This document shows, piece after piece, positions 1 through 9,450 of a DNA stretch of 64,000 nucleotides (within the stretch, counting starts at the first letter, position 1; each line of letters begins with the position of its first letter). The stretch is from Promethearchaeota archaeon (GTDB lineage Archaea > Asgardarchaeota > Lokiarchaeia > Sigyniarchaeales > SOKP01): the NCBI GenBank assembly GCA_016839705.1, contig JAEOTR010000030.1, positions 1 to 64,000 of the forward strand. The letters run 5' to 3'. The notes beneath the pieces are model-generated. The model worked only from the letters and a program-made list of their open reading frames with translations. It was not told the DNA's origin and ran no database searches. The translations under genes were made by a program, and so were the position numbers.

Positions 1-167
1 AAAAAACCTTTTATCCAAAGAAATCAAGGTTGACCTTTTTATTTCGATTGGAAAATTATCGCCTTCAAGAAATTGGAAACAATTCATGATCAAATCGTTT
101 CGTAATCACTGAGTTTTTTAACTAACCCTAATTTTTTCTTTATATATCCTCACAAAAAAGAATCTTT

Positions 168-716
168 ATGATTGACCATATACCAAAAGTTTTATATAAA
201 AATAAAATAACTGAAGTTTTGGATGATATTCGTTATAATTACGGCAAATTAACAAGGAAAGGATACATCTACGGTATTATTGCAATAGATCAAGATGCTA
301 AGATTATAGCAATTGATTCTCGATTTGACCGAAAACTAAATTATTGGGATCTAAGCTCAATAGGGGCAGCATTATATGGAGTAGCAAGGCAAGGGCAAGA
401 TTTCTTTGAGACTGATAATCTTGAGAGAGCCACGATTATTTATAGTGATATGCGATTATTCGTTAAATCAATAGGAGAAGTAAATATTCAAGAAAAAGGT
501 AAACGAGATATTCTAATTGTGCTTCTCACGGATAACGATGTGAATCTTGGAGTAATCTTCCTACAATTAGGCAATTTTGCAATGAAGATTAAAAAAGAAA
601 TCGAAGAGAACCAGCTAGCCAGAAAGACGATGAAAATGTCTGAGAAGGAGTTGAAGAAACATATTAAAGAGTTAAAGAAACAAATATTCTCTGACAAGCT
701 TGGAACAATCTCATAA
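168..716 (+). CDS. mglB: Roadblock/LC7 domain protein, MglB-like, with extended C-terminal helix
   Basis: Roadblock pattern (GIIAIDQDAKIIA ... LSSIGAALYG ... VLLTDNDVNLGVI); lies directly upstream of an MglA-type GTPase. Confidence 0.75.
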   Translation: MIDHIPKVLYKNKITEVLDDIRYNYGKLTRKGYIYGIIAIDQDAKIIAIDSRFDRKLNYWDLSSIGAALYGVARQGQDFFETDNLERATIIYSDMRLFVKSIGEVNIQEKGKRDILIVLLTDNDVNLGVIFLQLGNFAMKIKKEIEENQLARKTMKMSEKELKKHIKELKKQIFSDKLGTIS

Positions 717-754
717 CTAAAATGATAATAAAACCTAATATTTACGGTGGTTAA

Positions 755-1399
755 ATGGAATTGCAGGAAAATAAGAATCAGTTAGAACTCGGAAATGATT
801 TCGATTTTAACGATAGAAGTAATATGCTTCAGTTTAAAATCGTCTATTGGGGACCAGGAGAAAGTGGCAAAACTACAAATTTTCTTAGGTTAAGAGAGAA
901 ATTTGATTTACTGCGCTTATCAAAAGGTTATTCAATAGAAACGACAGAAGGAAGAACTTTATGGGAAGATTCTCTTTATCTTTTATTTGACTTTACCTTA
1001 AATGACGTCAAATTTAACATTATTACTCATGTAGTTACCTGTACAGGTCAGGAGCGATTTTTATCTACAAGAGAGTATGTATTAGATGGGGCAGATGGTA
1101 TAGTCTTTATCGGAGATTCTGATCCAGAGAAGTTGGAACAAAACAAACGAAGCTTTCGAGAATTAGTGGGATTTGCATCAACTAAAAATATACCCTATCA
1201 AGTTCAGTTAAATAAACGCGATCTCGAAAATGCTATTGAAATTAGTAAATTCAAAATTGCTCTGGGGCTACCTTTAGTTGATTCCTATCCTGATGGTTCA
1301 AAAGTAGTCTATCCAACAGAAGCTTTACGCGGTAAGAATGTTGTAGAATGTTTTAAGCATATAGTCCTTCAAGTTATTTTTGAATATTTTAAAGAATAA
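755..1399 (+). CDS. mglA: MglA-family small GTPase
   Basis: FKIVYWGPGESGKTTN (G1), GRTL arginine motif, TCTGQ (G3), GADGIVF, NKRD (G4). Confidence 0.85.
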   Translation: MELQENKNQLELGNDFDFNDRSNMLQFKIVYWGPGESGKTTNFLRLREKFDLLRLSKGYSIETTEGRTLWEDSLYLLFDFTLNDVKFNIITHVVTCTGQERFLSTREYVLDGADGIVFIGDSDPEKLEQNKRSFRELVGFASTKNIPYQVQLNKRDLENAIEISKFKIALGLPLVDSYPDGSKVVYPTEALRGKNVVECFKHIVLQVIFEYFKE

Positions 1400-1451
1400 C
1401 ATTTTTAATTGTGATAAGTATAAACGGATTTATCAAGGGAGGAGAGGAAAA

Positions 1452-3029
1452 ATAGATACCGGCACTGATTTTATCACTCCTGAGTTTCTGAATGTGCTAT
1501 TCTTCCAACAGAAAAATCTAGTGATTTATCCATATGTTGATCTTAAGCATCTTCACGCTCTTGAAATCTTTACTGTTGGGCATAATATAGTGGATTTAGA
1601 ATCAACAGCACTTCATAATTTAAGAGAAATCTTAGAGTTTGAGTCAACTAATTCCTATTCGCAAGCTCCTTCGCTCTATTTTATCTATAACTTAGATAAA
1701 AGTAGAGTTAAAGAGGTTATGAGTCTTGATAACATCCGTTGTGTATTAAACGCTAGCGAAAACGTTTCTGAGTTAGTGAATGGCAGTAAATATGTATTTT
1801 TCAATAAGAAAAGCAACCAATTCCTTAATTTAGAAGAGAATGATCTGAGTTATGAGGAGTATCTTATTAATAATTCAGGAAATAAAGAAATTCTCCAAGA
1901 TCAAATTCAAAAAATTAAGATAATAGCATCAAAGATATTTACGGAACTCAATCAAAATAGCTCACCAGACTCAATTTCAAATCTACTACAGGAATTTGAC
2001 AGAAGATATTGGAAAAAAATCTTAGATTTTACAAAAAATTATTTTGATATTGAGATTCCAGAGATCTCCCAATTACATTTATCAAAAGATTCACATTCTA
2101 ATCAAACACTTAATGAAAAATTAAAAGATTTTTCAGAGGAATATAATATTCTTGTCTCTACAAATAAAAACATCGGAAAAGAGTTTATTCAGCTCTTACA
2201 TGATTATCGTAGTAAAAAAGTTAATCCATCTCATTTGGGACTTGAACAACTATTTAATCCTATGGAACTATACAATTACTTGAGAAACCATCACTGGAAA
2301 GAGGGTATTCCAGATGTATTCGTAAAAGAGTGGTCTAAAATGAAGCTCTCTCAATATCAATTTAACGAAACAGATCTAGCTGATTTTGAATTAATTTCAA
2401 GGAGACTAGGCTTAAACCCGTCGGTACCAACAATGGATAAAGATAGTATTGAAAAACCAATTGAGGTTAGAGATTACAAAATCCCTACCGAAGTCGAAGT
2501 GCCATCAGTGAAAAATTTTCCTGAATTTAAATTATGGGTTTTGAATAACCTTGACAAGATTGAAGCCTCTATTGGCATAACATCAAAACCGCAGCATTTT
2601 AAACAAACCTTAAACCATTCAATAACTACTGAACAATCCCAAACTAATAACAAACTGGTTGTTGATCTCACAAATATTTTATATGAAGATTTGGATAAAA
2701 ACGAGAAATTAAAAGCACACAATATCCTTTCTATTAGAGATACCCTTCTCTCCAAGGGATATAATCCTTTTCTTATAGTAGATGCTTCCACAATACATAA
2801 GATTGATGATGAAGAGCATTATAAGATGTTGGGAAGCAATGATATCATTTATCAGGCTCCCGCAAGACGGACTGCGGATAAATTCGTTTTAAAGTGTGCT
2901 AAAAACTGGAATTGTAAATTTCTTACTAATGATCAGTTCAAAGAATATTGGGATGAATTTGGTAAAGATTGGGTTCTTAAAAACAGAGTGACGTGCATGT
3001 TTATTGAAGGAGAGTTAATTCTTGATTAA
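1452..3029 (+). CDS. Multidomain protein with C-terminal Zc3h12a/Regnase-like NYN (PIN) ribonuclease domain
   Basis: C-terminal VVDLTNI...IVDAS...ADKFVL...LTNDQFKEY acidic PIN/NYN motifs. The ORF track starts at TTG 1380 inside mglA; an in-frame ATA at 1452 follows SD GGAGGAGAGG. Confidence 0.75.
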   Translation: MDTGTDFITPEFLNVLFFQQKNLVIYPYVDLKHLHALEIFTVGHNIVDLESTALHNLREILEFESTNSYSQAPSLYFIYNLDKSRVKEVMSLDNIRCVLNASENVSELVNGSKYVFFNKKSNQFLNLEENDLSYEEYLINNSGNKEILQDQIQKIKIIASKIFTELNQNSSPDSISNLLQEFDRRYWKKILDFTKNYFDIEIPEISQLHLSKDSHSNQTLNEKLKDFSEEYNILVSTNKNIGKEFIQLLHDYRSKKVNPSHLGLEQLFNPMELYNYLRNHHWKEGIPDVFVKEWSKMKLSQYQFNETDLADFELISRRLGLNPSVPTMDKDSIEKPIEVRDYKIPTEVEVPSVKNFPEFKLWVLNNLDKIEASIGITSKPQHFKQTLNHSITTEQSQTNNKLVVDLTNILYEDLDKNEKLKAHNILSIRDTLLSKGYNPFLIVDASTIHKIDDEEHYKMLGSNDIIYQAPARRTADKFVLKCAKNWNCKFLTNDQFKEYWDEFGKDWVLKNRVTCMFIEGELILD

Positions 3030-3715
3030 CCTTCAATGTTTATTTTATTTTTTTCAATTATCCAGGAGTCTATCAAAAATGTTTGTGCAGTATCCTTGTC
3101 AAGAGAATAATCAGATTTGATTGTAGATTTTGGAAACCAATTTTCCGCTCCGCTATTTAATTTAAGAAGAAGTGCCTTATCTGTATTCCCCGTAATAACA
3201 CCCTCAATTTTCTGAAGATTGCTTTCGCTACTGATTTCTTCTACAACGGTGAGTCCTGGAGCTTCTTGTTTCTTAGGTGCACTATTTTCTACAGCAACCT
3301 GACTTTTAGACATGTCAGAAATAGTGGCAAACTCAATTTTCTCTTCAAGAAGATGTACGAGCAACAGTTTTATAATCTCAATTTGAGCAAAACTTAACAT
3401 CTTGGGATAATCACCGATATTAAACCATATTTTGTTATCCCCTTCCCAACTGACAGAGATTGGTGTTTTATCCTCTCTAAAACTGTGAACGGTAGACCAA
3501 GATTTCATCTTTTTTTTCAGCACTTCAAGAATCATTACTACTTCTTCTAAACCAACCTTTATGGTTTTCCCTTCTCTGGTTGACAATTTTTCCCAGGATC
3601 CATCCCCCTTTTTCTTAATAAATTTCATAAAGATAAATGGTTCACTTTTGGAAGAGCTCTGAATAAACATTCCAGTAGATTGCCCAAAAAAACTTTGATT
3701 ATGAGTGTCTACTAT
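3026..3715 (-). CDS. Putative Whirly/PC4-like ssDNA-binding protein with a small C-terminal beta domain
   Basis: Beta-beta-helix repeat pattern (SWEKLSTREGKTIKVGLEEV); C-terminal TDKA...WFPKS...DSW domain. Probable ATA start at 3715 after SD AGGTGAG; first ATG at 3670. Confidence 0.55.
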   Translation of the reverse strand: MVDTHNQSFFGQSTGMFIQSSSKSEPFIFMKFIKKKGDGSWEKLSTREGKTIKVGLEEVVMILEVLKKKMKSWSTVHSFREDKTPISVSWEGDNKIWFNIGDYPKMLSFAQIEIIKLLLVHLLEEKIEFATISDMSKSQVAVENSAPKKQEAPGLTVVEEISSESNLQKIEGVITGNTDKALLLKLNSGAENWFPKSTIKSDYSLDKDTAQTFLIDSWIIEKNKINIEG

Positions 3716-3970
3716 TTTTTCTCACCTTTTTATTAAGTAATATGAATTTAATATGTTCAATCTATATAAAGAAAAAGAGAAAACTGATTTTTTGAAAAAA
3801 TTACTTCAGTTTATTTGGATTGTTTTCATAGAATTCTCTAAATTTTCATTGTCTTTTCATTTAAATCTGTGATCTCCCTTTTTTTTCTCACCTTTTATCT
3901 TAAATAAATGGGGGTTAAAAAATCTCTTGAGAGTATGTGGTAGATCTCATTTGATTTTCTCTTTTAAATC

Positions 3971-4861
3971 ATGAAATACACTTTATTAAATTATTTAATT
4001 CCGAAAATTGAATCTAAATCTGAATCATTTGCTCACAAAGTAATAAAAAAACTGCTTTATAAGAAGATTTTAGAGAATAATTCAAACATCATTGACTCAT
4101 CTTTAGAAAAATACTTTGAATCGCGACGCGCGGATGTATATTTTAAATTTAATTCAGGTCAAGAAGTAGCAATTGAGATCCAAAATTCTCCCATCACATC
4201 TAAAGAAATTACCGCTCGAACTAAAGACTATAATAATAGAGGAATCTACGTTCTATGGATATTATATGGATACGGTAGATGTGTTGGTTCACCTAAAAAT
4301 CCAAAACATAGAAAAAACTTGAAAATCTCTTCTGCGGAATTACGATTACACCAACTTTACAGAGGGAGAGTTTATTATGTAAATATTGTGTATGAAAAAG
4401 AGAAAATTACAGCAACATTACCTTTTGGGCTACATTTTACTAATTCTGACAATATCGCACCCATATTATTTAGAAAAAGATTTGAATCCTTTTTTGTTCG
4501 AAATGCTAATTACACATATATTCCAAATTGGAATCTTTTATGTACATCTCATAATAATTATAAGATCGCGCGCTTTTATGACCGGAATGCTAAAACTACT
4601 CTTGTTGAAAATTTAAGATTTTTTGCTAAGCGAAACAACCTCTTAAGAAATCAAAGAATTAAGAGTAAAAAAAACACCAAAAAGATATTCAAAGTAATAC
4701 ATACTTTATTTCAGGATGAATATGGGAAATTTTTCATTATAAATGCGATGAGGACATTAATCAGAAATAAAGAGTTAATGTTATCCGAGAAATTTATTAA
4801 TAAATTTGAGAAAAAACTAAAGAAGAAAGCTCAAATTAAGATTAAAAAACTAAAATTATAG
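3971..4861 (+). CDS. CoiA-like PD-(D/E)XK nuclease
   Basis: ESFAHK, RRADV, AIEIQNSPI, RTKDY...GIYVLWI motifs typical of the CoiA nuclease domain. Confidence 0.75.
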   Translation: MKYTLLNYLIPKIESKSESFAHKVIKKLLYKKILENNSNIIDSSLEKYFESRRADVYFKFNSGQEVAIEIQNSPITSKEITARTKDYNNRGIYVLWILYGYGRCVGSPKNPKHRKNLKISSAELRLHQLYRGRVYYVNIVYEKEKITATLPFGLHFTNSDNIAPILFRKRFESFFVRNANYTYIPNWNLLCTSHNNYKIARFYDRNAKTTLVENLRFFAKRNNLLRNQRIKSKKNTKKIFKVIHTLFQDEYGKFFIINAMRTLIRNKELMLSEKFINKFEKKLKKKAQIKIKKLKL

Positions 4862-5000
4862 CATAGATCAACGTTTACTCTCTTTTTACAACATCTCTCT
4901 CTCGAAGTCTTTTTTATGATTGCTTTATTTTAGATTATAATTGCTAAAAAGTATTAACAATAATATCTAATAATAAAATGTATTAATGGAGTCTTAAAAA

Positions 5001-6914
5001 ATGACAAATACAGAAGAGAAATCCATAGGTTCATTTCCAGAAGCAAAGATTTTAGAAGTAGATCTCACGAATAAAAAAATCTCCAAAAAAACACTCCCGG
5101 GAGATATATATAAATTATATCCAGGAGGTTCTGCATTAGGAGTCTATTTAATATTGCAAGAAATGAGACCTAACATAGATCCCTTTTCTCCAGATAATGT
5201 ACTCGTTTTTGCTGTATCTCCCTTTGCAGGATTACCAATAAGTGGTACAAGTCGATTGACAATTTCAACAAAAAGTCCATTAACTGGCGGATGTGGAGAT
5301 ACGCAAGCAGGAGGAGATTTCCCAGCATTCTTAAAAGCTAATGGATATGATGCAATCATCTTTCGTGGGAAGGCAGATAGCCCCCTCTATCTCTATATTG
5401 ATGGAGAAAAAGCTGAATTAAAAGATGCAAAAAATGCATGGGGGAAAATAACTGGAGAAGCTGAGGAAATAATTAAAAAAGAACTTGGGAGTAAAAATGT
5501 TGAAATTGCCCAAATAGGACCTGCTGGAGAAAACCTTGTGAAATATGCCTGTGTGATAAATAAATTGTCTCGGGCAAACGGTCGAAATGGTACAGGAGCA
5601 GTAATGGGATCAAAAAACTTGAAAGCTGTCGTAGTTCAAAGACAAAAAGCGATAACCCCGTTTGATAAAGAAGGATTTAATTCATTAACTAAATCTTCTG
5701 AAATGAAAGAAAGAATTAAAGGATTTACAGACGGATGGGGTGTTGGTGGAACGGGAACTTTCTTATATAACCAAAATAGGAGTGGTTTTCTTCCTACTAA
5801 AAATTACTCAGAAGGATATATGGAAGATGCACCCAAAATTGACGGCAGAAAAATGATGGAAACAGGGATTTTAAAAGGAAGAGAAACTTGCTATGCCTGT
5901 GCTGTGAGATGTAAAAGAGTAATTGACATTCCTGGTAAAGTTTATCCCGAATACGGAGGTCCAGAATATGAAACCTTAGCTACTTTTGGTACTTATTGTG
6001 GAGCAACTGATTTAGAGACTATTTGTTTATGTAATCAGTTATGTAACATGTATGGGCTTGATACTGTTTCTACCGGAGCAACTATTGCCTTCGCAATGGA
6101 ATGCTTTGAAAAAGGGATTATCACAAAAGAAACTACTGATGGATTAGATCTATCTTTTGGGAATCATGATGTTCTTTCGATTTTAACAGAGAAAATAGCA
6201 AAAAGAGAACGTTTTGGTGATTTTCTTGCAGAAGGAAGTAAAATATGCGCCGATAAACTTGGTGAAAAAGCAATCCCTTTGTTTATGGGTGTTAAAGGGC
6301 AAGAACTTCCTGCTCACATGCCTCAAGCTAAACCTGGTTTAGGTATTATATATTCTGTAAATCCATATGGCGCAGATCATGAAAGTTGTGAACACGATTC
6401 TATGATCACCATCCCAGGTAACCCTTTTAAGGGCAGAATAGATATGATAGGAGATTACCAACATTATACCGATCCGACCATAATAGATGAAAATAAAGTA
6501 CGATATATGTTCGCTAGTCAGTGTTTTTATTCAATGAATGATACATTAGGACTTTGCCAATTTGTATGGGGCATGGCTTGGCAGCTTTATGGCCCTGATA
6601 ACTTGTTAGATTTATGTAAATACGGAATAGGGTGGAATACTAGTATAAAAGAACTTCTAGAAGTTGGAGAACGCAGGATTAATATGATGAGGTATTTCAA
6701 TGCGCGAGAAGGATTTACGAAGGATGATGATAAACTACCGGAACGTGTATTTAATCCTGTTCCTGAGGGTCCTGGGAAAGGGATTGGTATAGATAAAGAA
6801 CAATTCAAAAAAGCTCAAGAAATATATTATAAAAGAGCAGGATGGGATGAGAATACTGGAAATCCCACTAAAGAGACTTTAAAGAAATTAAAGTTGGATT
6901 GGTTGCTTAGCTAA
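5001..6914 (+). CDS. aor: Tungsten-dependent aldehyde:ferredoxin oxidoreductase
   Basis: KSPLTG, IGPAGEN, GRNGTGAVMGSKNLKA, CYACAVRC, GPEYET, GLDTVS, GLCQF motifs. Confidence 0.95.
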   Translation: MTNTEEKSIGSFPEAKILEVDLTNKKISKKTLPGDIYKLYPGGSALGVYLILQEMRPNIDPFSPDNVLVFAVSPFAGLPISGTSRLTISTKSPLTGGCGDTQAGGDFPAFLKANGYDAIIFRGKADSPLYLYIDGEKAELKDAKNAWGKITGEAEEIIKKELGSKNVEIAQIGPAGENLVKYACVINKLSRANGRNGTGAVMGSKNLKAVVVQRQKAITPFDKEGFNSLTKSSEMKERIKGFTDGWGVGGTGTFLYNQNRSGFLPTKNYSEGYMEDAPKIDGRKMMETGILKGRETCYACAVRCKRVIDIPGKVYPEYGGPEYETLATFGTYCGATDLETICLCNQLCNMYGLDTVSTGATIAFAMECFEKGIITKETTDGLDLSFGNHDVLSILTEKIAKRERFGDFLAEGSKICADKLGEKAIPLFMGVKGQELPAHMPQAKPGLGIIYSVNPYGADHESCEHDSMITIPGNPFKGRIDMIGDYQHYTDPTIIDENKVRYMFASQCFYSMNDTLGLCQFVWGMAWQLYGPDNLLDLCKYGIGWNTSIKELLEVGERRINMMRYFNAREGFTKDDDKLPERVFNPVPEGPGKGIGIDKEQFKKAQEIYYKRAGWDENTGNPTKETLKKLKLDWLLS

Positions 6915-6950
6915 ACATCAGAAAGGAAATATTATTTTTCTTTTTATCTT

Positions 6951-7544
6951 TTAATTTAATACATTAACTAGTCTATTTTTGTAATATTTTTTTAAAATTA
7001 ATTGTAAAGCATTTTCAAAACAATCCAAAATACCTTCTCCCAATTTTGCGCTTGTATATCTTGATTTGATGTTTTTATACTTATTGATATTAATATCATT
7101 TAAAAAATTCTCAGGATTAAATTTCTCTTGTAAATCCTGTTTATTAAAAGCTATAATAATTGGAATATCTTCAATACACTCACTAAAGTATGAAAGAAGT
7201 TCTTTCCATGATATAATATTTCGCTCATAAGCTTCTTTTTGAGAATCTAATACAAAAATTAAACCATCTACAGCTCGTAGTGTAATTAGTCTGGTTATTA
7301 TGTAGAAATCCTGACCAGTCGTTGTATAAATATGAATTTTTATTTTCCACTCCTGATTTTGAAAAGTAACAATACCATAATCAAAAAATAAAGTCCTATT
7401 TACAGTACTTTCAATACTACAAATCTCCTCCTCCTTACCAAAAAGAGAAAATAATGTTTTTATTGAAGTCGTCTTTCCTGAAAGAGCTGGCCCAAAATAA
7501 ACAATTTTTATACTAATTGTTTTATCGATGTGATCAATAATCAT
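6951..7544 (-). CDS. Second MglA-family small GTPase
   Basis: IKIVYFGPALSGKTT, NRTLFFD, TTTGQ, AVDGLIFVLDS, NKQD, TSAK. Confidence 0.85.
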   Translation of the reverse strand: MIIDHIDKTISIKIVYFGPALSGKTTSIKTLFSLFGKEEEICSIESTVNRTLFFDYGIVTFQNQEWKIKIHIYTTTGQDFYIITRLITLRAVDGLIFVLDSQKEAYERNIISWKELLSYFSECIEDIPIIIAFNKQDLQEKFNPENFLNDININKYKNIKSRYTSAKLGEGILDCFENALQLILKKYYKNRLVNVLN

Positions 7545-7662
7545 ATCTATAAATTTACACCCAGATTTTTAAAATCCAATTTTTTCCAGTTTTTTCTTTA
7601 AATATCTTTGTTCAAATTCAGTGTAATTACCAAATATTTTATTATAGCATTGGAGGTTAAAA

Positions 7663-7716
7663 ATGGCAATACTTACCTTTTTAGCATTTTTAGGATATGT
7701 CATAATTGGAGATTAA
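7663..7716 (+). CDS. Possible 17-aa hydrophobic micropeptide or gene remnant (MAILTFLAFLGYVIIGD)
   Basis: SD GGAGG at 7652-7656 followed by ATG at 7663; almost entirely hydrophobic. Confidence 0.25.
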   Translation: MAILTFLAFLGYVIIGD

Positions 7717-7830
7717 TCGAAGGAAAGCATTACATAGTTATCCTGAGCTTTTTTTCACAGCTCCTCGATTATAACAATCATTTATGAAAAAAGTAATTGT
7801 TAAATCATATGCATTTGTGATAAAAACATA

Positions 7831-9435
7831 ATGATATATGCTGACCTCATCTTAAAAAACACCAAGATTATAAGTTTAGATGCCCAAGAATCGATATATC
7901 AAGCTGTGGCTGTAAAGTTTGGGAGAATAATCGCTGTTGGAAGCAATGATGAGATAGATAAATATGCGGGTAAGGAAACAAAAATAGTAGATCTCTTAGG
8001 AAAGACCGTTGTACCCGGATTCATTGATTCACATGGCCATTTTATAAATGAAGGTTCTTCTAAAGAGATATATGTTGATTTAAGTGAAGAAGCGGGAATT
8101 CATTCCATCTCTAATATACAAGAAATTCTTAGAGATAAAGCACGTCAAATACCAATTGGTGAATGGGTTTTTGGATATCAAGAAGATGATTCAAAGCTCA
8201 AAGAGAAGAGACACCCATATAGAACAGAACTAGATGAAATCTCAACGAATCACCCTATCTTAATAACTACCGTTGGTGGTCATTTTTGGATGGCAAACTC
8301 AAAAGTTTTTGAGCTCTCTAATATCACAAAGGATTCTCCTGATCCAAAAGGAGGGAAATTCGATAGAGATCCCGAATCTGGGGAATTAACTGGTGGTCTT
8401 CATGAGGAAGCTTATACCCTATTAAGACCTAAAGGACCACCCCAACCAACGCGTAACCAATCCTATCTAGGTGCTAAACAGATTCTGACCGAATGTAGTT
8501 CAGTTGGGTTAACGTGTATTTATGATTTAGTCGGTAGATCTGAAATCCGAGCAGCTATTGATTTAAAAAACAATAAAGAACTTCCGATAAGAATCAGGAT
8601 GGATATAACTATCGAACTTCTTGAAGAATTAGATAAACTTGGTATCTATAGGGGATTGGGAGACAATTGGGTTCGCATCTGTGGAATAAAATTCTTTTTT
8701 GATGGGGCAGTATCAGCAAGGACCGCAGCTGTATCAGAACCTTATTTAGACAAACCCAATTTTTTCGGAGTGATGTCGACCACTAAAGAAATAGCTACTG
8801 AATTACTTACAAAAGCTTACAAAAAAGGGTTTAGAATTTCCGCTCATGCAAATGGAGATCGTGCAATTACATTGTACTTAGATATTCTTGAAGATCTGCA
8901 AAAAAAATATCCGCGAATAGATGCTCGTAATAGAGATATCCATTGCAGTGTAATTAATAAGACATTAGTAAAGAGAATTAAAGAGTTAAAAGTACTTCCC
9001 ACTATCTTTGGTGCTTATCCATACTACCATGGAGATAAACTTATACCCTCGTTTGGAGCAGAAAGATTAGAAAATATGTTTGCTGCTCGTTCTTTTATGG
9101 ATGCAGGTGTTATGGTTTCAGCACATTCTGACCATCCCTGCTCCCCATTTCCACCTCTCATGGCAATTCATGCTTTAGTCAATCGAAAAACAAAAGCTGG
9201 AAAGCCAATTGGAACTAGTCAAAAGATAACCGTATTGGAAGCATTAAAACTTTATACAATCAATGCTGCATATCATTCTTTTGATGAACATCTTCTTGGA
9301 TCAATTGAACCAAATAAACTAGCGGATTTCGTTGTCTTAGAACAAGATATACTTACAGTTCCCCCAGGAAGAATAAAAGATATCCCTATATTCATGACAA
9401 TCGTAGATGGTAAAATTGTTTATCAAAAGCAATAA
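7831..9435 (+). CDS. Amidohydrolase family 3 (YtcJ-like)
   Basis: PGFIDSHGH, KFFFDG, HANGD, SDHP, GSIEPNKLADFVVL. Confidence 0.92.
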   Translation: MIYADLILKNTKIISLDAQESIYQAVAVKFGRIIAVGSNDEIDKYAGKETKIVDLLGKTVVPGFIDSHGHFINEGSSKEIYVDLSEEAGIHSISNIQEILRDKARQIPIGEWVFGYQEDDSKLKEKRHPYRTELDEISTNHPILITTVGGHFWMANSKVFELSNITKDSPDPKGGKFDRDPESGELTGGLHEEAYTLLRPKGPPQPTRNQSYLGAKQILTECSSVGLTCIYDLVGRSEIRAAIDLKNNKELPIRIRMDITIELLEELDKLGIYRGLGDNWVRICGIKFFFDGAVSARTAAVSEPYLDKPNFFGVMSTTKEIATELLTKAYKKGFRISAHANGDRAITLYLDILEDLQKKYPRIDARNRDIHCSVINKTLVKRIKELKVLPTIFGAYPYYHGDKLIPSFGAERLENMFAARSFMDAGVMVSAHSDHPCSPFPPLMAIHALVNRKTKAGKPIGTSQKITVLEALKLYTINAAYHSFDEHLLGSIEPNKLADFVVLEQDILTVPPGRIKDIPIFMTIVDGKIVYQKQ

Positions 9436-9450
9436 ATTTATAATATCGCT

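Noticed and set aside
1-112. Possible 3' end of an upstream gene
   Set aside because: More than one frame is open; the frame and product cannot be assigned
3715-3896. 16-bp repeat TTTTTTCTCACCTTTT at 3715 and 3881
   Set aside because: Low-complexity SD-like sequence; the second copy leads only to 3-4-codon ORFs
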